Origin: Mytilus edulis
Taxonomy: Eukaryota
DNA length: 64,000 bases
Assembly: GCF_963676685.1 (NCBI RefSeq)
Contig: NC_092345.1
Location: 30,070,001-30,134,000 of the forward strand
Direction: 5' to 3'
Shown: one piece after another, positions 13,701 to 25,506 of the stretch
Numbering within the stretch: position 1 is the stretch's first letter
How the letters are laid out: each line of letters starts with the position of its first letter
Translations under genes and position numbers: made by a program
The notes under the pieces: generated by a model
Databases searched by the model: none
What the model was told of the DNA's origin: nothing
Seen by the model: the letters and a program-made list of their open reading frames with translations, nothing else

Positions 13701-15893
13701 CGTTCTTTTCCGTCAGGGCTGAACAATTAAGCAGTCCATCGGGGAGTGCACCATTGCCTACCAGTATCATGGAAAGGACGGCGCTCTAACCTTCAGTTGT
13801 CCTTCATTAGGTTTGAGCACAATACTGTATATGTTGAAGTAAAGGTCTTATCTCAACAGAAATAATGTACAGATGTGGTATTTAAGTTTTTGACGTTTTG
13901 TGTTTTAACTTTTAAATAAGGAAGTCATTGTCATTTTGCTTTCATTTGAGTATTGTAGTTGATCATTCTTCAGAACTATTCATTCTGCTTTCATTAAAAA
14001 AGTTTAAATCTTTGAATATTCAGAAATGTTTTAAATGAACATATTCAGGGGTGGTAACTTGACAAATTGTATATGTATATATGTGTACCTCAAATAAAAC
14101 AAACCATGTGTTAACCGATCTATCAACGTGTAATATTAGAGAAGTACTAGTACCAGAAAATAGACAGCTTTCGTTTAACTTCTAGATTTTTTTAACCTAT
14201 TTATTAATGAATTTGTTGACCGTTATTGAATATTCGTTTACAGATGATATCAGATACGTTCCTTATGTCGTTAATACAATCCCGTTCTCTTTTCACGACT
14301 ATGACCTACCCAATTATACTATTTACCATGTTTGTAATAACTCTAGCAACAGGACGGGTGCTAACCTTTAGGGAGCTCATGAGATCATGCACAAATTTTG
14401 ATGGGGTTCGTGTTGCTTAGTCTTTAGTTTTCTCTGTTGTGTCTTGTGTACTATTATTTGTCTGTCTGTTGTCGAATGACCCTATGGTATCTACCTATCT
14501 ACCTTCGAAAATATAGTTTACAATGTGACTATCTCTAAATGAATCAACTTAGTTAAAATATCAATTATATGGTCATTTTTATAAATTTCCTGTTTACAAA
14601 AGTATGAATTTTTCGAAAAACTAAGGATTTTCTTATCCCAGGCATAGATTACCTTAGCCGTATTTGGTACAACTTTTTTGTAATTTTGGGTCCTTAATGC
14701 TCTTCATTTTTGTACTTGTTAAGCTTTAAAACTATTTTTATCTGATCGTCAATGATCAGTCTTATGTAGACAAAACGCGCGTCTGACGCATCTGGCGTAC
14801 GGTGACCTGTAGTTGTTAACTTCTGTGTCATTTTGGTCTCTTATGGAGATTTGTCTCATTGGCAATCAAACCACATCTTATTTTTGATACATTATAAGCC
14901 TGGTACCTTTGATAACTAATTACGTACGCCATTACAATCGAGTATGTTATGGAATATTATTTATTAAAGAATTGAAAGGTTCTTTTTGTAAATTTATTGG
15001 GGTGTAAAAGCGTTGACCGAAGTACATTTCGTATTCCGCGCTTCATTCTAAACATGTTCGCACGGTGTCAACGCTTTTGAACCGTATGAAATAACACAAA
15101 GAAGCATTCGATATTTAAAATTACCTTTTTTAGCTAGGATCATGAAAACACCTTTTTTTATCAAGTACATTTCGTATTACGCGCTTCATTCTAAACATGT
15201 TCGCACGGTCAACGCTTTTAAACCGTATCAAATAACAAAAAGAAGCATTCGATACTTAAAATTACTTTTTTTAGCTAGGATCATGAAAACACCATTTCTA
15301 TCAAGTTTGACGTTAATATCCTGTTGACTTTATTGTTGGACCTCGTGTCATAATGACTGTTACATTTCATTGTGTAATGAATGTTAATTTCAGAAGGACG
15401 GGAGATTACTGTTATCCAATCAAAATTACGTATCATAATGAAACATACATTTGATATGATTATAATATATTAGGAAAAACAAAACTATGATACTGAATGT
15501 TTACTTTACATGCTATAGTAAATACAAGAAATCGTGAAGCTGCCAAAAATAAGACATTTTCAAGAAATAAACGTAAATCAATGTATATATATCGTAAGCT
15601 TTCAAAATTTTTAATCGTTTATTTTAGGGAATATGTTGAAAACAGATCCAAAATTGGCATTGACATGTTACTTTGGACCAAGTACTCCATATCAATATCG
15701 ACTTGAAGGTCCAGGAAAATGGAGTGGTGCTCGTGAGGCTATCTTTACACAGTGGGATCGAACACTTTCGTCGTTGAAATCAAGACCTGTAGACTTTGAA
15801 GAGAATACCACTGGATTTTCAAAATTCAATGTCTTTTGCATCGCAGTCGTGGCTATTATTGTTTATTACTTTATTGCATACTATAAAATATGA
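7732..15893 (+). CDS. FMO: Flavin-containing monooxygenase (FMO5-like), 6 coding exons, ~535 aa
   Basis: Exons 7732-7837, 8027-8241, 9137-9436, 9991-10545, 12592-12757 and 15628-15893 with GT-AG boundaries and consistent phases (1608 nt). Motifs: GAGASG (FAD), [15 protein letters not shown] (FMO fingerprint), GIGNSG (NADPH), FATGY, hydrophobic C-terminal anchor. Confidence 0.95.
8325..8410 (+). repeat. Fragment of a DINE-1/HINE-like element with a (GTCC)n tract
   Basis: 'tttatgtcccac..ggtctgtgcgtccgttcgtccgtccgtccgtctg'; layout typical of non-autonomous Helentron ends. Confidence 0.4.
10757..12041 (+). mobile_element. Decayed, internally deleted Tc1/mariner transposon in FMO intron 4
   Basis: Perfect 26-bp TIRs cacatggaaaaaagtattgcaacacc (10757-10782 / 12016-12041) flanked by TA. 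Frameshifted transposase remnants [24 protein letters not shown] and [18 protein letters not shown] (Tc1 WPxxSPDLNPIE motif). Confidence 0.92.
12362..12525 (-). mobile_element. Partial retrozyme-like repeat, antisense to FMO
   Basis: Nearly identical to 34522-34690 and contains a hammerhead core. Confidence 0.75.
12402..12450 (-). ncRNA. Type I hammerhead ribozyme core
   Basis: Minus strand reads CUGAUGA-GUCU(UUUGU)AGAC-GAAA-CGC(GCGUCUG)GCG-UA: all core nucleotides, stems II and III and a GUA cleavage triplet. Stem I is weak. Confidence 0.75.
12790..13585. repeat. Degenerate (CT)n polypyrimidine tract switching to a (GA)n polypurine tract
   Basis: CT-rich 12790-13338, GA-rich 13340-13585, in FMO intron 5. 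Confidence 0.9.
14230..14470 (+). mobile_element. Degenerate 3' fragment of the Penelope-like element
   Basis: Translates ..[10 protein letters not shown].., matching the C-terminus QMISDMFLTS of ORF 23604-24170, followed by the same 3' region ('ggggttcgtgttgct..tagtttt'). Confidence 0.7.
14560..14918 (+). mobile_element. Retrozyme-like repeat (second subfamily) with a mutated hammerhead, interrupted by a SINE-like piece
   Basis: 14751-14799 'aatgatcagtcttatgtagacaaaacgcgcgtctg..gcgta' (CUGAUGA and GAAA mutated); upstream sequence is homologous to the reverse complement of 34690-34800. Confidence 0.65.
14981..15475. mobile_element. Hairpin-type non-autonomous element with an internal ~140-bp duplication
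   Basis: Inverted arms 'aaaagcgttgaccg' / 'cggtgtcaacgctttt'; ~15020-15163 is repeated at ~15164-15305. Confidence 0.55.
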
Positions 15894-16280
15894 ACAACTA
15901 TACGAATATTATATCTTTTGACGCGTTCACTGAAAGATTCAATTCAATTAGTATTATTGTTCTGCTTATATCAGTGGTAACTCTTGCTGTTGGTTTGTAT
16001 GTGGAACATTTTTTAAAGATAATTAGCAAGCCAACATTGGTAGAAAATGAGGAAAATGTTGTGTGTAACTAATGTTCCTTGTTTGACGATAATTGTATTA
16101 TATTCGATAGAAACCACATGTGGATCAGTTGTTTAAGACTTTTCATATGCCATTCTCATAAAGATTCAATTTGGCTTTTAAAGAGTTTTCAATCGGAAAT
16201 TTAAGACAAAAATGTCGTCATGTTTGCCACCAGATCGATAATAATAATAATTATAATAACAATAATAATAATAGTAATAA

Positions 16281-16696
16281 TAGAATGAAATTCAAAACAG
16301 TGTGGCTGTGGCCATTGATTGACACATTAAATTCATTCATTGACTGGGACAATTTACGTGAACGTTTGTCTGTAACGACCACTGTTCACGACGTACCTAC
16401 GATAGACATTTAAACTGTGGGGTCACCAAAGGTTTCTTAACGCCTTTAATTATAAAACAATTCGAAAAATTAATCAGGAATAACCTTTATGTTTTGATTT
16501 ATTTCTGATTAATTTTTCGAATTACTTTATTAAGGTGTTGAGAACCTTTGGTGACCCCATAGTTTAAGTGTCTTTAAAAAGTACATAGTAAGCAGTGGTT
16601 GTTACATACAAACGTTCAACTAAATTGTCCCAGTCAATGGATGAATTTAATGTGTCAAACAATGGCCACAGCCACACTGTTTTGAATTTCATTCTA
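16281..16696. mobile_element. Long imperfect palindromic MITE, copy 1
   Basis: Arms 'tagaatgaaattcaaaacagtgtggctgtggccattg' / 'caatggccacagccacactgttttgaatttcattcta'; near-identical copy at 47270-47712. Confidence 0.9.
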
Positions 16697-18214
16697 TTTA
16701 CAAATTTCACACTTTGTTTAAAATATAATCACTAATGAGTATATTTGAATGCAGATACAGCTTTCGATTTCTTAATTTTTAGTGACAGAGATTTCCAAAA
16801 AATTAGACTACTAAAAAAATACTTAATTTGTATAATTCTGCATTTTATTTAGGAACTTTAAAATTATCTGATGATAAAAGACGAGCATATTACGATTGTT
16901 TACAAGTGTAGACAAAACCACATTTATACATTAATAATAACCTGTGGTAAAGTATTCTTTTAGTAACATATTGAGGATTTTAACAAACTGCAACGCAAAT
17001 GTTGTCTAGAAAAGCGAAGAGAGAAATATTCCAATATCGTCTTAATAGTCATGTTAATCTTCACAGTATTCTTTTGAAAACTGCTTTTAAGATAGTATGA
17101 GGACAATTTGAAATTAAGTCGTATATGACATTTAACATGTTTTACACTGACCATATTCAGAATTAGAATTTCCAAAACTACGTTCACTCTGTTTTTAATT
17201 TAAAACAAAACGGATGCAATAAAAAGTGTAATCAATAATTCATAAGTCCCTGAACTTAATAAAAATTGAAACCCAAAGGGAAAATAACAACATAATACTG
17301 AGATTGACATTTTATTCGTCTGTTTTCTCATGCTTACTGACGACAAACAGAACCATTGGTACGTATACATTCGTACTTGTAGCACTGCCAACTAATATTA
17401 CATTTGTTGTTCATCACCTGCACCACATGAAACAATGGAATAAACCTTCAATAAAGTAGAATTTCTCACAGGTCAGTATGTTACATTAGTTTATTACTAA
17501 TCTTAAGTTTGATCAATTCATGGTTAATAAGAAAGTCAACATGATAAATACAATTGCTTTAATCAATATTAAAAACCGTCATAATATTAAGTTAACATTA
17601 AGTTCATATTTTATGATTCACAATTTACCCAGCTTCAAGCACATGTTAAGGTATAGCTAATCTTATAAAAGAACATGGCTTAAATACAGTTATTGAAGAA
17701 AACACAATTTATCAGAAATAAAAAAAAAATCTTTCTTTCTGGTTTATGTCTAATTCTGAGGAGAGCGTATATGTTTTCAAATTGTAATGAATGCAAGGAA
17801 AAGTATTGGCAATTTGCTATTTTTCACTGGATACATTTAATACTCGTTGTATGATTTCGTTGTTTTATTAAATAATAATTTTAACACATGGTTAAATGAT
17901 GTTCTATCAATACATGCAAAGTGAAACCTACATTTATTATTGTGTTTACATGCAATGGAAATATTTATATTAAGCGTGGGAGGTCATAGAAATATCTCTT
18001 GGTTCATCTATTTATCCGTATGCATAAATACATAATACATGATAATAGAATCTAAAGCACTTGAGGGTCTTCATGGTTACGAGGTATAGTTGATAATTCC
18101 ATAACCTGATAAAGGTTTATGACATGTCAGAATCACCTGTCATGTTCTCTGAAATTGGTATCATAAGCTTTAAAATAATTGGAGTAACGGAAGTGTGTAC
18201 ATAATTGAACAAAG

Positions 18215-18370
18215 GGAACTACATTTTACGAACAAAAAGAGATATGATTTTTCCTTTTGTCAACTTTTGTATTCCATTTGTAGCAAGAATTTTGAAATTC
18301 CATGACAATCATGCAAGATATTTTACTGTCAAGGAGCACACGAGAGATGCAACGCATTGTGCAGGACCTG
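18215..18370 (+). pseudogene. Highly decayed Penelope-like RT fragment
   Basis: 'TKRDMIFPFVNF' resembles DKRDDFSFPIVNFPF of the RT at 23604-24170. Confidence 0.4.
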
Positions 18371-19675
18371 ATTTCTTTTCCAGTGTAAATATTTAGTTCA
18401 TCCTCAGTTTTTGTTGTGAACTTATTTGCTCATACTTTTTGTAGTTCAACCATATGCAGGATGTGACTATGCTCAATCTGATTATCTATCCCATAGTGTT
18501 CTAATTTGTATTTAAAATGTTTATTACTTTTTTTGTGAATGTCTGCGAGATACATATGTTGATAGTTTGAGAAGTTTGCAGTGATACCTATGTAATATTT
18601 GACAAATTCCTTGCACCTTTTTGTACTTTTGTGTATCTTTTAAAAGTATTATTAATAGTTATTGAAATAATTAATTCTGCTTGTGTCCGAACTATTGGTC
18701 TAAATTATGCAAATAAGAGAATTATTGAAAAAAACTATGCCTTTTTACGGTCCAAGCTAACCGGATTTTCTTTTTTCTAGGATAACTGACTTAAAACAAT
18801 GTCTTTTTCAATTTTGTATTAAATTATAATCCTGGTACGTTTGAAAACTTTTTTTGTATATACTAGTATATAAGAACGCATATTTTATTGTTTTTATCTT
18901 GTGTGATGTAAATTACCCGTATAGATCCTCAAAGATTCTGGTGCAGTTGCCAATTATGATAGAAAAATGAACAAGTCACCTCAAGGTACATATGATTGAC
19001 CGATAAGAAACACATGTATACACACATAGAAATTATGATTATTATATACATTATTATTTGTATGTATCTAGTGTGTTGACTCGCCTAGTATAAATACTTT
19101 GATACAGATTAATAAAACAAAAATGTGTTCTGTATAAGTTATTGATATTTCTCTGAAAAAAACCACATTGATGTGCATTGAAGATGCTATTAAATATAAA
19201 TGGTTAGTCTGCATTTATCTTTCGATACCACGAAATAAGATAATATTGCTAAAGATCCTTTGTAAAAAAAATTTAAAGCTATCATTGTGCCTTAACTATA
19301 ATAACCATTGGATATATTATATTATCTTCCGGCATAAAAAGGATGTAGACAAAATGCATGTTTTGCGTAATACATTATAGGCATGCTAGCTTTGGCGAGT
19401 ATTTACATTATGTCATGTATGAAAAGAAAGATCATGTGATTTCGGTGCTAGTATGGATAAATAAAATAAGATAAAAAGCAGTTTTTTGGCAATTATGTCG
19501 TTGCAAATATTTCAAATGCGTATTTATATATTACGTTTTTAGTGGGATGATGGAAATATGGAAATTCACACAACTCTTTTCATTGTGAGTATCACTCCTT
19601 GTTAATGAATCGAGAAAATTCACAAAAAAAAGTGCCTAAATCATATACATTTTTTTACTTATAGGTTAACAGATA

Positions 19676-20545
19676 ATGGGGCGAAACCAATTTGCAGTTC
19701 TTGGTCTCATGCCTGGGGCATCAGGGGATGAGATCAAGAAGGCTTTTAGGTCCCTGGCACTGCAATACCACCCAGATAAGAATAAGCATGCAGGAGCTGA
19801 AGAAAAGTTTAAAATCATGTGTGCAGCATACGACTTTCTCAAAGACGAGACCAATCGTTTATCGCACGCGAGAGAATTGCGAGAAAATTTTGATTGCAAG
19901 CGAAAACATAGAAAAGGACACAGTGAAAAGCATTATACTTATTCAAGTCAACAAGAAACTGATCCATTCGGACATTCACAGACGTTTGAAGACAGGTTTA
20001 GACCAAAATTTGATAGAAAGGGATATGAAAGAACAAGCACGGACTCAAACAGTAGATCAAGACATGATAGAAGCAAACAGGAAAATAACGGGGATCAAAA
20101 GTCGGAGAATAAAAGACGAGATTCTCAAAGGAAGAATAGAACGGAAAACGAAGAGTTTTACCAGAGAGATCACAAAAGGTTTATTCCAGGATTCATTTTC
20201 GAAGACTTCTTTTCCATTTTTAGTGAACCATTCAGGTCTTTCGAGCAGGATTTCGGCCCATTCCGTCAAAGGAGAAGCCCATTTAATGTGTTTCATAATT
20301 CGCACTTTGAGGAGCCATTATTCGACAGACATTTTGAAGAACATTTTCATGTATTTCAAGAATTTGAAAAGGAACCTATGGCACACTCATTCGGACCTTC
20401 AAATATTGAGGATATGATGAATGACTTCGAACCTTTTGCCGACGTCGGAAGGGATAGAGCTCATAGTCGGCGAAGGTATAAACCTGCAAGACGAAATTAT
20501 ACTTCATTCCATTATCGAGGAGACCCATTCAGAGAAACACTTTAA
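19676..20545 (+). CDS. DnaJ/Hsp40 J-domain protein, single coding exon, 289 aa
   Basis: N-terminal J domain ([37 protein letters not shown]) with intact HPD; charged middle and Phe-rich low-complexity tail; acceptor-like 'ttatag' just before the ATG. Confidence 0.9.
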   Translation: MGRNQFAVLGLMPGASGDEIKKAFRSLALQYHPDKNKHAGAEEKFKIMCAAYDFLKDETNRLSHARELRENFDCKRKHRKGHSEKHYTYSSQQETDPFGHSQTFEDRFRPKFDRKGYERTSTDSNSRSRHDRSKQENNGDQKSENKRRDSQRKNRTENEEFYQRDHKRFIPGFIFEDFFSIFSEPFRSFEQDFGPFRQRRSPFNVFHNSHFEEPLFDRHFEEHFHVFQEFEKEPMAHSFGPSNIEDMMNDFEPFADVGRDRAHSRRRYKPARRNYTSFHYRGDPFRETL

Positions 20546-21215
20546 GACGAAGCCTTAAATAATCATTGGTTAACATGAAATGGATAATTGAAACGACGCT
20601 GGAAACAAATGAAAGAATGTTTGATCATGTTTGCCAAAATTGCCAAACATGCCAAAATTGTCAAACATCTGTGAAAATATATTGCACTGTAAATTTTTGT
20701 AATTCACGATCAACTTTAACTTGGTATTAAATGTTTATTTAAATTGGATTATTCAATTTAAGCTAAGTTTTATTCCAAATTGATTAGACTCAATTATTCA
20801 CACACTCTGAAGATTCATTTCTGAAAACAACCTTGTAATTAATCTACGATGTATTAATCTATACAAAAAAGTACAATACAGGATTATAAATATAAGAAAG
20901 GTCGTGAGGAATCTTCTATGTCAGGTCAGTTTCATTACCTACAAACTCAACCTGCAATATCAAAACTCATAAAAATAAACAGATTAACTAAATTTACCCC
21001 TATAATAACGACAGATCGATTAAATGTTGTTGCTTTCAAAATGAATGACAATTAAGCTTATTCAATACAAGAACCCATCTAACAGTATATCAATTTAGTA
21101 GGTTGTGTAAAATACGTTCGGGATGAATGTTGGGGAATGTTGACCTGAAAATGAAAAGACAATAAAATATCGTTGATTGCTAAATGCAAGCTTAATGCAA
21201 GCTTAATGCAAGCTA

Positions 21216-21437
21216 CCGTATAGCGGGTTATTTTTGCGGGGTGTAAATTTTCGCTTATTTTCGCAGATAGAACAAAATCGCCAAAATAAATTCCGTCAAT
21301 TTATATAAAAATGTACATGCAAAGGATTTGATAAATATTTTGAATCCGCCAAAATAATAACCGCCAAAATATTCAGAATACTTTTTTTCTATGAAAATCG
21401 CGAAATTTTACACCCGCGAAAATAACCCGCTATACGG
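21216..21437. mobile_element. Tc1/mariner-type MITE
   Basis: TIRs ccgtatagcgggttatttt.. / ..aaaataacccgctatacgg with TA on both sides. Confidence 0.85.
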
Positions 21438-22539
21438 TATTAGCATGTCGAAATGTCCTATTGTAATGTTTATTAGTGTATTTCTCTGTCTTAAATTTCT
21501 TGAATTTATTTGTAATGTAGTAATGTCATGTACTGTAGTCATTTTAGTATTATATTTGACATTGCCACAAAAGCGCGAGGTTTGGCTAGCCGCAAACCAG
21601 ATTCAACCCACCATTTTTCTTAAATGTCCTGTACCAAGTCAGGAAAATGACAGTTGTTATCCTATAGTTTCTGTCTGTGTTTCATTGTCGTTTTGGTTTT
21701 TGTTGCACTTCAGTGTTTCTGGTGTTTCGTTGTTTTCCTCGTATAACTGATGTTTTTACCTCAGTTTTAGTTTGTAACCCGGATTTGTTTTCTCTCAATC
21801 GATTTATGATTTTCGAAAAGCGGTATACTACTGTTGCCTTTATTAATGCATTGCAAAATCAAGACGAGAGAAAACAACAGTAAATTGAAAAGGAGGTACC
21901 GGAAAGGTTTGGCGTGAGAGTGAAATCGGAAGAAATATATTCAGGCTACAATAACCTACGAGCCTTCCGAAAAGTTATTGCAATTATTTTATAATTTACG
22001 AAACATTAGGAGTTCAATATACATGAGCCATCAGAGTTACTGTCCCAAAAACGAAAGAATAATACTCATCATTTATATATCCTCAACGGATTGTAGGTAG
22101 TCCTAGTTACTATTTTTTTTAATTTAGTACCACAGTTACCCTTGTGGTCAAATTCTTTTTCGAATCCAAAAAAAAAATAATACCACTGTATTAATGCTTG
22201 TCTTATTTTCTTAATTGATAAGTCCTCATAACAACTACTCAAATCCCACATTTTGGGCATATGTAGGATATATAACTGTAAATACATTGATGTTTGTTAA
22301 AAGTTTGTTAAAACCTTTAACCACCTTAAACATTTGAATACGTTTGTTAATATATAAACTTGGGGGAAAACTGCTGCTGATGACATACATACAACATGAA
22401 AGTATAAACGCACACACAAAAAGGAGGTACCATATAGATCGTTGAATCCAGAATAGTACAAAAATGATTGTAAGAATTAATGAGTGTTATACAAAAATGT
22501 TTGGCTCATATGAACTATATGCATAATATATGATATTGC

Positions 22540-23305
22540 AAATTGAAATGGGGAAAATGTCAAACCCGACCAAAGAGCAGACAGCAGCCGAAGGCCAAAA
22601 ATGGGTCTTCAATGCAGCGAGAAACTGGCGTGCTTCAGCTGGCTCCTAAACAAAAATGTATACTAGTTCAGTTATAATGGACGTCAAACTTAACTCCGAA
22701 ATATACACAAGAATTAAAATTAAAAATCATTCAAGACTAACAAAGGCCAGAGGCTCCTGTTTGGGACAGACGCAAAAATGTGGCGGGGTTAAACAATTTT
22801 TTTTTTAGATATCAACCCTCCCCCTATACCTCTAGCCAATGTAGAATAAACAAACACACAACAATACGCTCAGTAAACTCAGTTCAAAAGAAGTCCGAGT
22901 TCGATGTCAGAATATGTAACAATTGAAAATAAACAAAATGACAATGGTGCATAAATTACCACAGGACTACTAGCAGCTACTAACATGCCAGCTCCAAACC
23001 GGAATTAAACTGATTGAAAGATTATGTATTCAACATATGAATATCAAGTAGCTCAATCCTTGTTTAGTATTATACCATCATAAACTATATGAGAAGAACA
23101 TAATCTGTATCATGCCAACAACTGGTTTAGAATGAATGTGTTTATTTCCGATGCAAAGACCCTATAAGTATATCAATATTAAGGCCAACATATGCAATCT
23201 TTAATGACCTGACAACAGTATCGTAACTATATCCCTTCTTAATAAGTCTGTTTTAAGGTTTTGTTAGCTTTTGACGTGAATGCCGATATTTTTGTGCTTT
23301 GTAAA
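22540..23305 (+). repeat. Interspersed repeat family ('ggaaatggggaatgtgtcaaagagacaacaacccgacc' type)
   Basis: Homologous copies at 33480-33660 (-), 34075-34315 (-) and 62250-62590 (+). Confidence 0.75.
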
Positions 23306-24194
23306 GGAGGGACGAAAGATACCAAAGGGACAGTCAAACTCTGAAATCTAAAATAAACTGACAACGCCATGGCTAAAAATGAAAAAGACAAACAGACAAA
23401 CTATAGTACACATGACACAACATAGAAAACTAAAGAATAAACAACACGAACCCCACCAAAAACTAGGGGTGATCCCAGGTGCTTCGGAAGGGTAAGCAGA
23501 TCCTGCTCCACATGTGGCACCCGTCGTGTTGCTTATGTGATAACAAATCCGGTAAATAGTCTAATTCGGTAGGTCACATTCATGAAAGGGAAGGGGATTG
23601 TAGTTACGACGTAAGGAACATATCCGATATCATTTGTGAAACGGTTATTCCGTAACTGTCAACCAACTCGTGATGGCGTCCGTAAAATTTACGAAGGGAT
23701 GATTTCAACTTCACCATTTGGAACTCTTGGTTTAATAGCTTCCTTGTGAGCAGCAACCCTCTATCAAGACAATCACGATAGGAAATGCAAGCACGGGAAT
23801 ATCGTATCAATTGGGAGATATATACCCCGTATGCAGGTGCTGCTGGAATGTTGCTACTTAGAAATGGAAAGTTCACAATTGGAAAGCTGAAATCATCTCT
23901 TTTGTCGTAAAGTTTTGTTTTCAACCGACCCTCATTGACAATTTCTAGATATACGTCAAGATATGAGGCTGACGTAACTGTATCTGTAGTATCCTTTATC
24001 TCTAGTTCGATGGGATAGATGCGTTCCACATAGTCATCAAATTTTGAATTATTTAGCGAAAGAAAATCATCTATATAGCGGAAAGTAGAGTTAAAGGATA
24101 TTACTAGCTTCTTGTCTTTCTTCCTAAGAAGTTCCTGCATGAGGTCAGCATCATAATAATAAAGACACAAGTCGGCAAGTAGAGGGGCACAGTT
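23306..24194 (-). mobile_element. 5'-truncated Penelope-like retroelement (RT C-terminal half plus 3' region)
   Basis: NCAPLLADL..FRYIDD..SASYLD..KLYDKRDDFSFPIVNFPFLSSNIP..AYGVYISQLIRYSRAC; ORF ends at 23604. Shorter 3'-end copies at ~8680-8850, 14230-14470 and 39430-39660. Confidence 0.85.
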
Positions 24195-25506
24195 AAAAAT
24201 ATTACCAGAAAAAATTGGATGTGAAATACCTGAAGGTATAAGATGTCTGCATGTTGAATTATATTTACGAATGATGTTTTTGTATTGATGATAAAATTTA
24301 GTAAATAATTTGTGTTTATGTCCTGGTGTGATAATTTTTCAGTAATACACAACTTCTCTCGCTAAAACTTGTACGTTGTTACATACACGAGCAATTCTTA
24401 CAAGTTGAGATATATGTATTTCATGTATGTATTTCAAAGTCTGAGTTTGAGTAGGTTAACAACTATGTTATATAATGGAGTTTCTCGTCTCCAGTTCCTA
24501 TAGTTTGAAAATTATGCAACTTGAAGAGCAACTCAAACGTTTCAGAAAACGATTTAGTAGCATATCGGATAAGGTCGTACATACTAAGTTTTAATATGTG
24601 ACTTAGTAATATTTATACTGAACGCCAAGGGGAGGTCATAAAAGGTAAATTTATAAACAAATATGCAACTTTTCTGTTAAAACAGTACAATTTTATTTTA
24701 TACAAAAAACTTTAATTTTAACCTTTTAGTTATTATTCTGATGGGTTTGACGTAGGTATCATCAAGGTTATAATTGCCAAGATTTACTTCACTTATCAGA
24801 TAATAATGAAGGAGACATTTGATAAACAGATTGTTCCACTTTGTGATGTAAGTACGTTTATAGTGCTCACAGTAATTTTCCCAACAGTTGCTCATCCTAG
24901 TAGATATGGTTTGGAAATAGAATAACATAAAATATTAATTCTAACTCGATTTTTTTTTACTCGCATATAGATATAATTAGATAAAGTAGAATTGCCAATG
25001 ATACAAATATCCAACTTGGGCAAAGGAGAAAAGGGATTTGGAAATATTTGTTTTCTTGTCTTTCGTTTTTGCCTTTAGGTACCTCTATATTTGACTGTTT
25101 GTTTTGTTAACACATCCATGACACATCATTGTCAATATAATGGAATTTGTATGCGACTGTCATACAAGTGAGTGGTTTGGCTAACTTTAAACCCAGGTCT
25201 AATCCACCATTTTCCAAATATGAAAATGCCTGTACCAAGTCAGGAATATGACAGTTGTTATCCATTCGTTTGAAGTGTTTGAGCTTTCGGTTTTGCCATT
25301 TAATTACGGACTTTCAGTTTTGAAACTTACTCGGAGTTCGGTATTTTTGAGATTTTTTATAATAATCTTATATAAAGGGCAAAACCAATAGTAAGTTGTA
25401 AAAATATTCGAATTGTCCTTTACATACAAGTGATACAAGTGATACGTGCATAGTCATTTATTACATTGAGTAAGTAAAACATAAGGTATTTGACCATGTG
25501 GAATGA

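Noticed and set aside
19692-20417. 241-codon overlapping +1 ORF within the DnaJ gene
   Set aside because: Stops in the +1 frame need NTA/NTG codons (Leu/Ile/Val/Met) in the main frame, which this hydrophilic protein largely lacks; TTG start.
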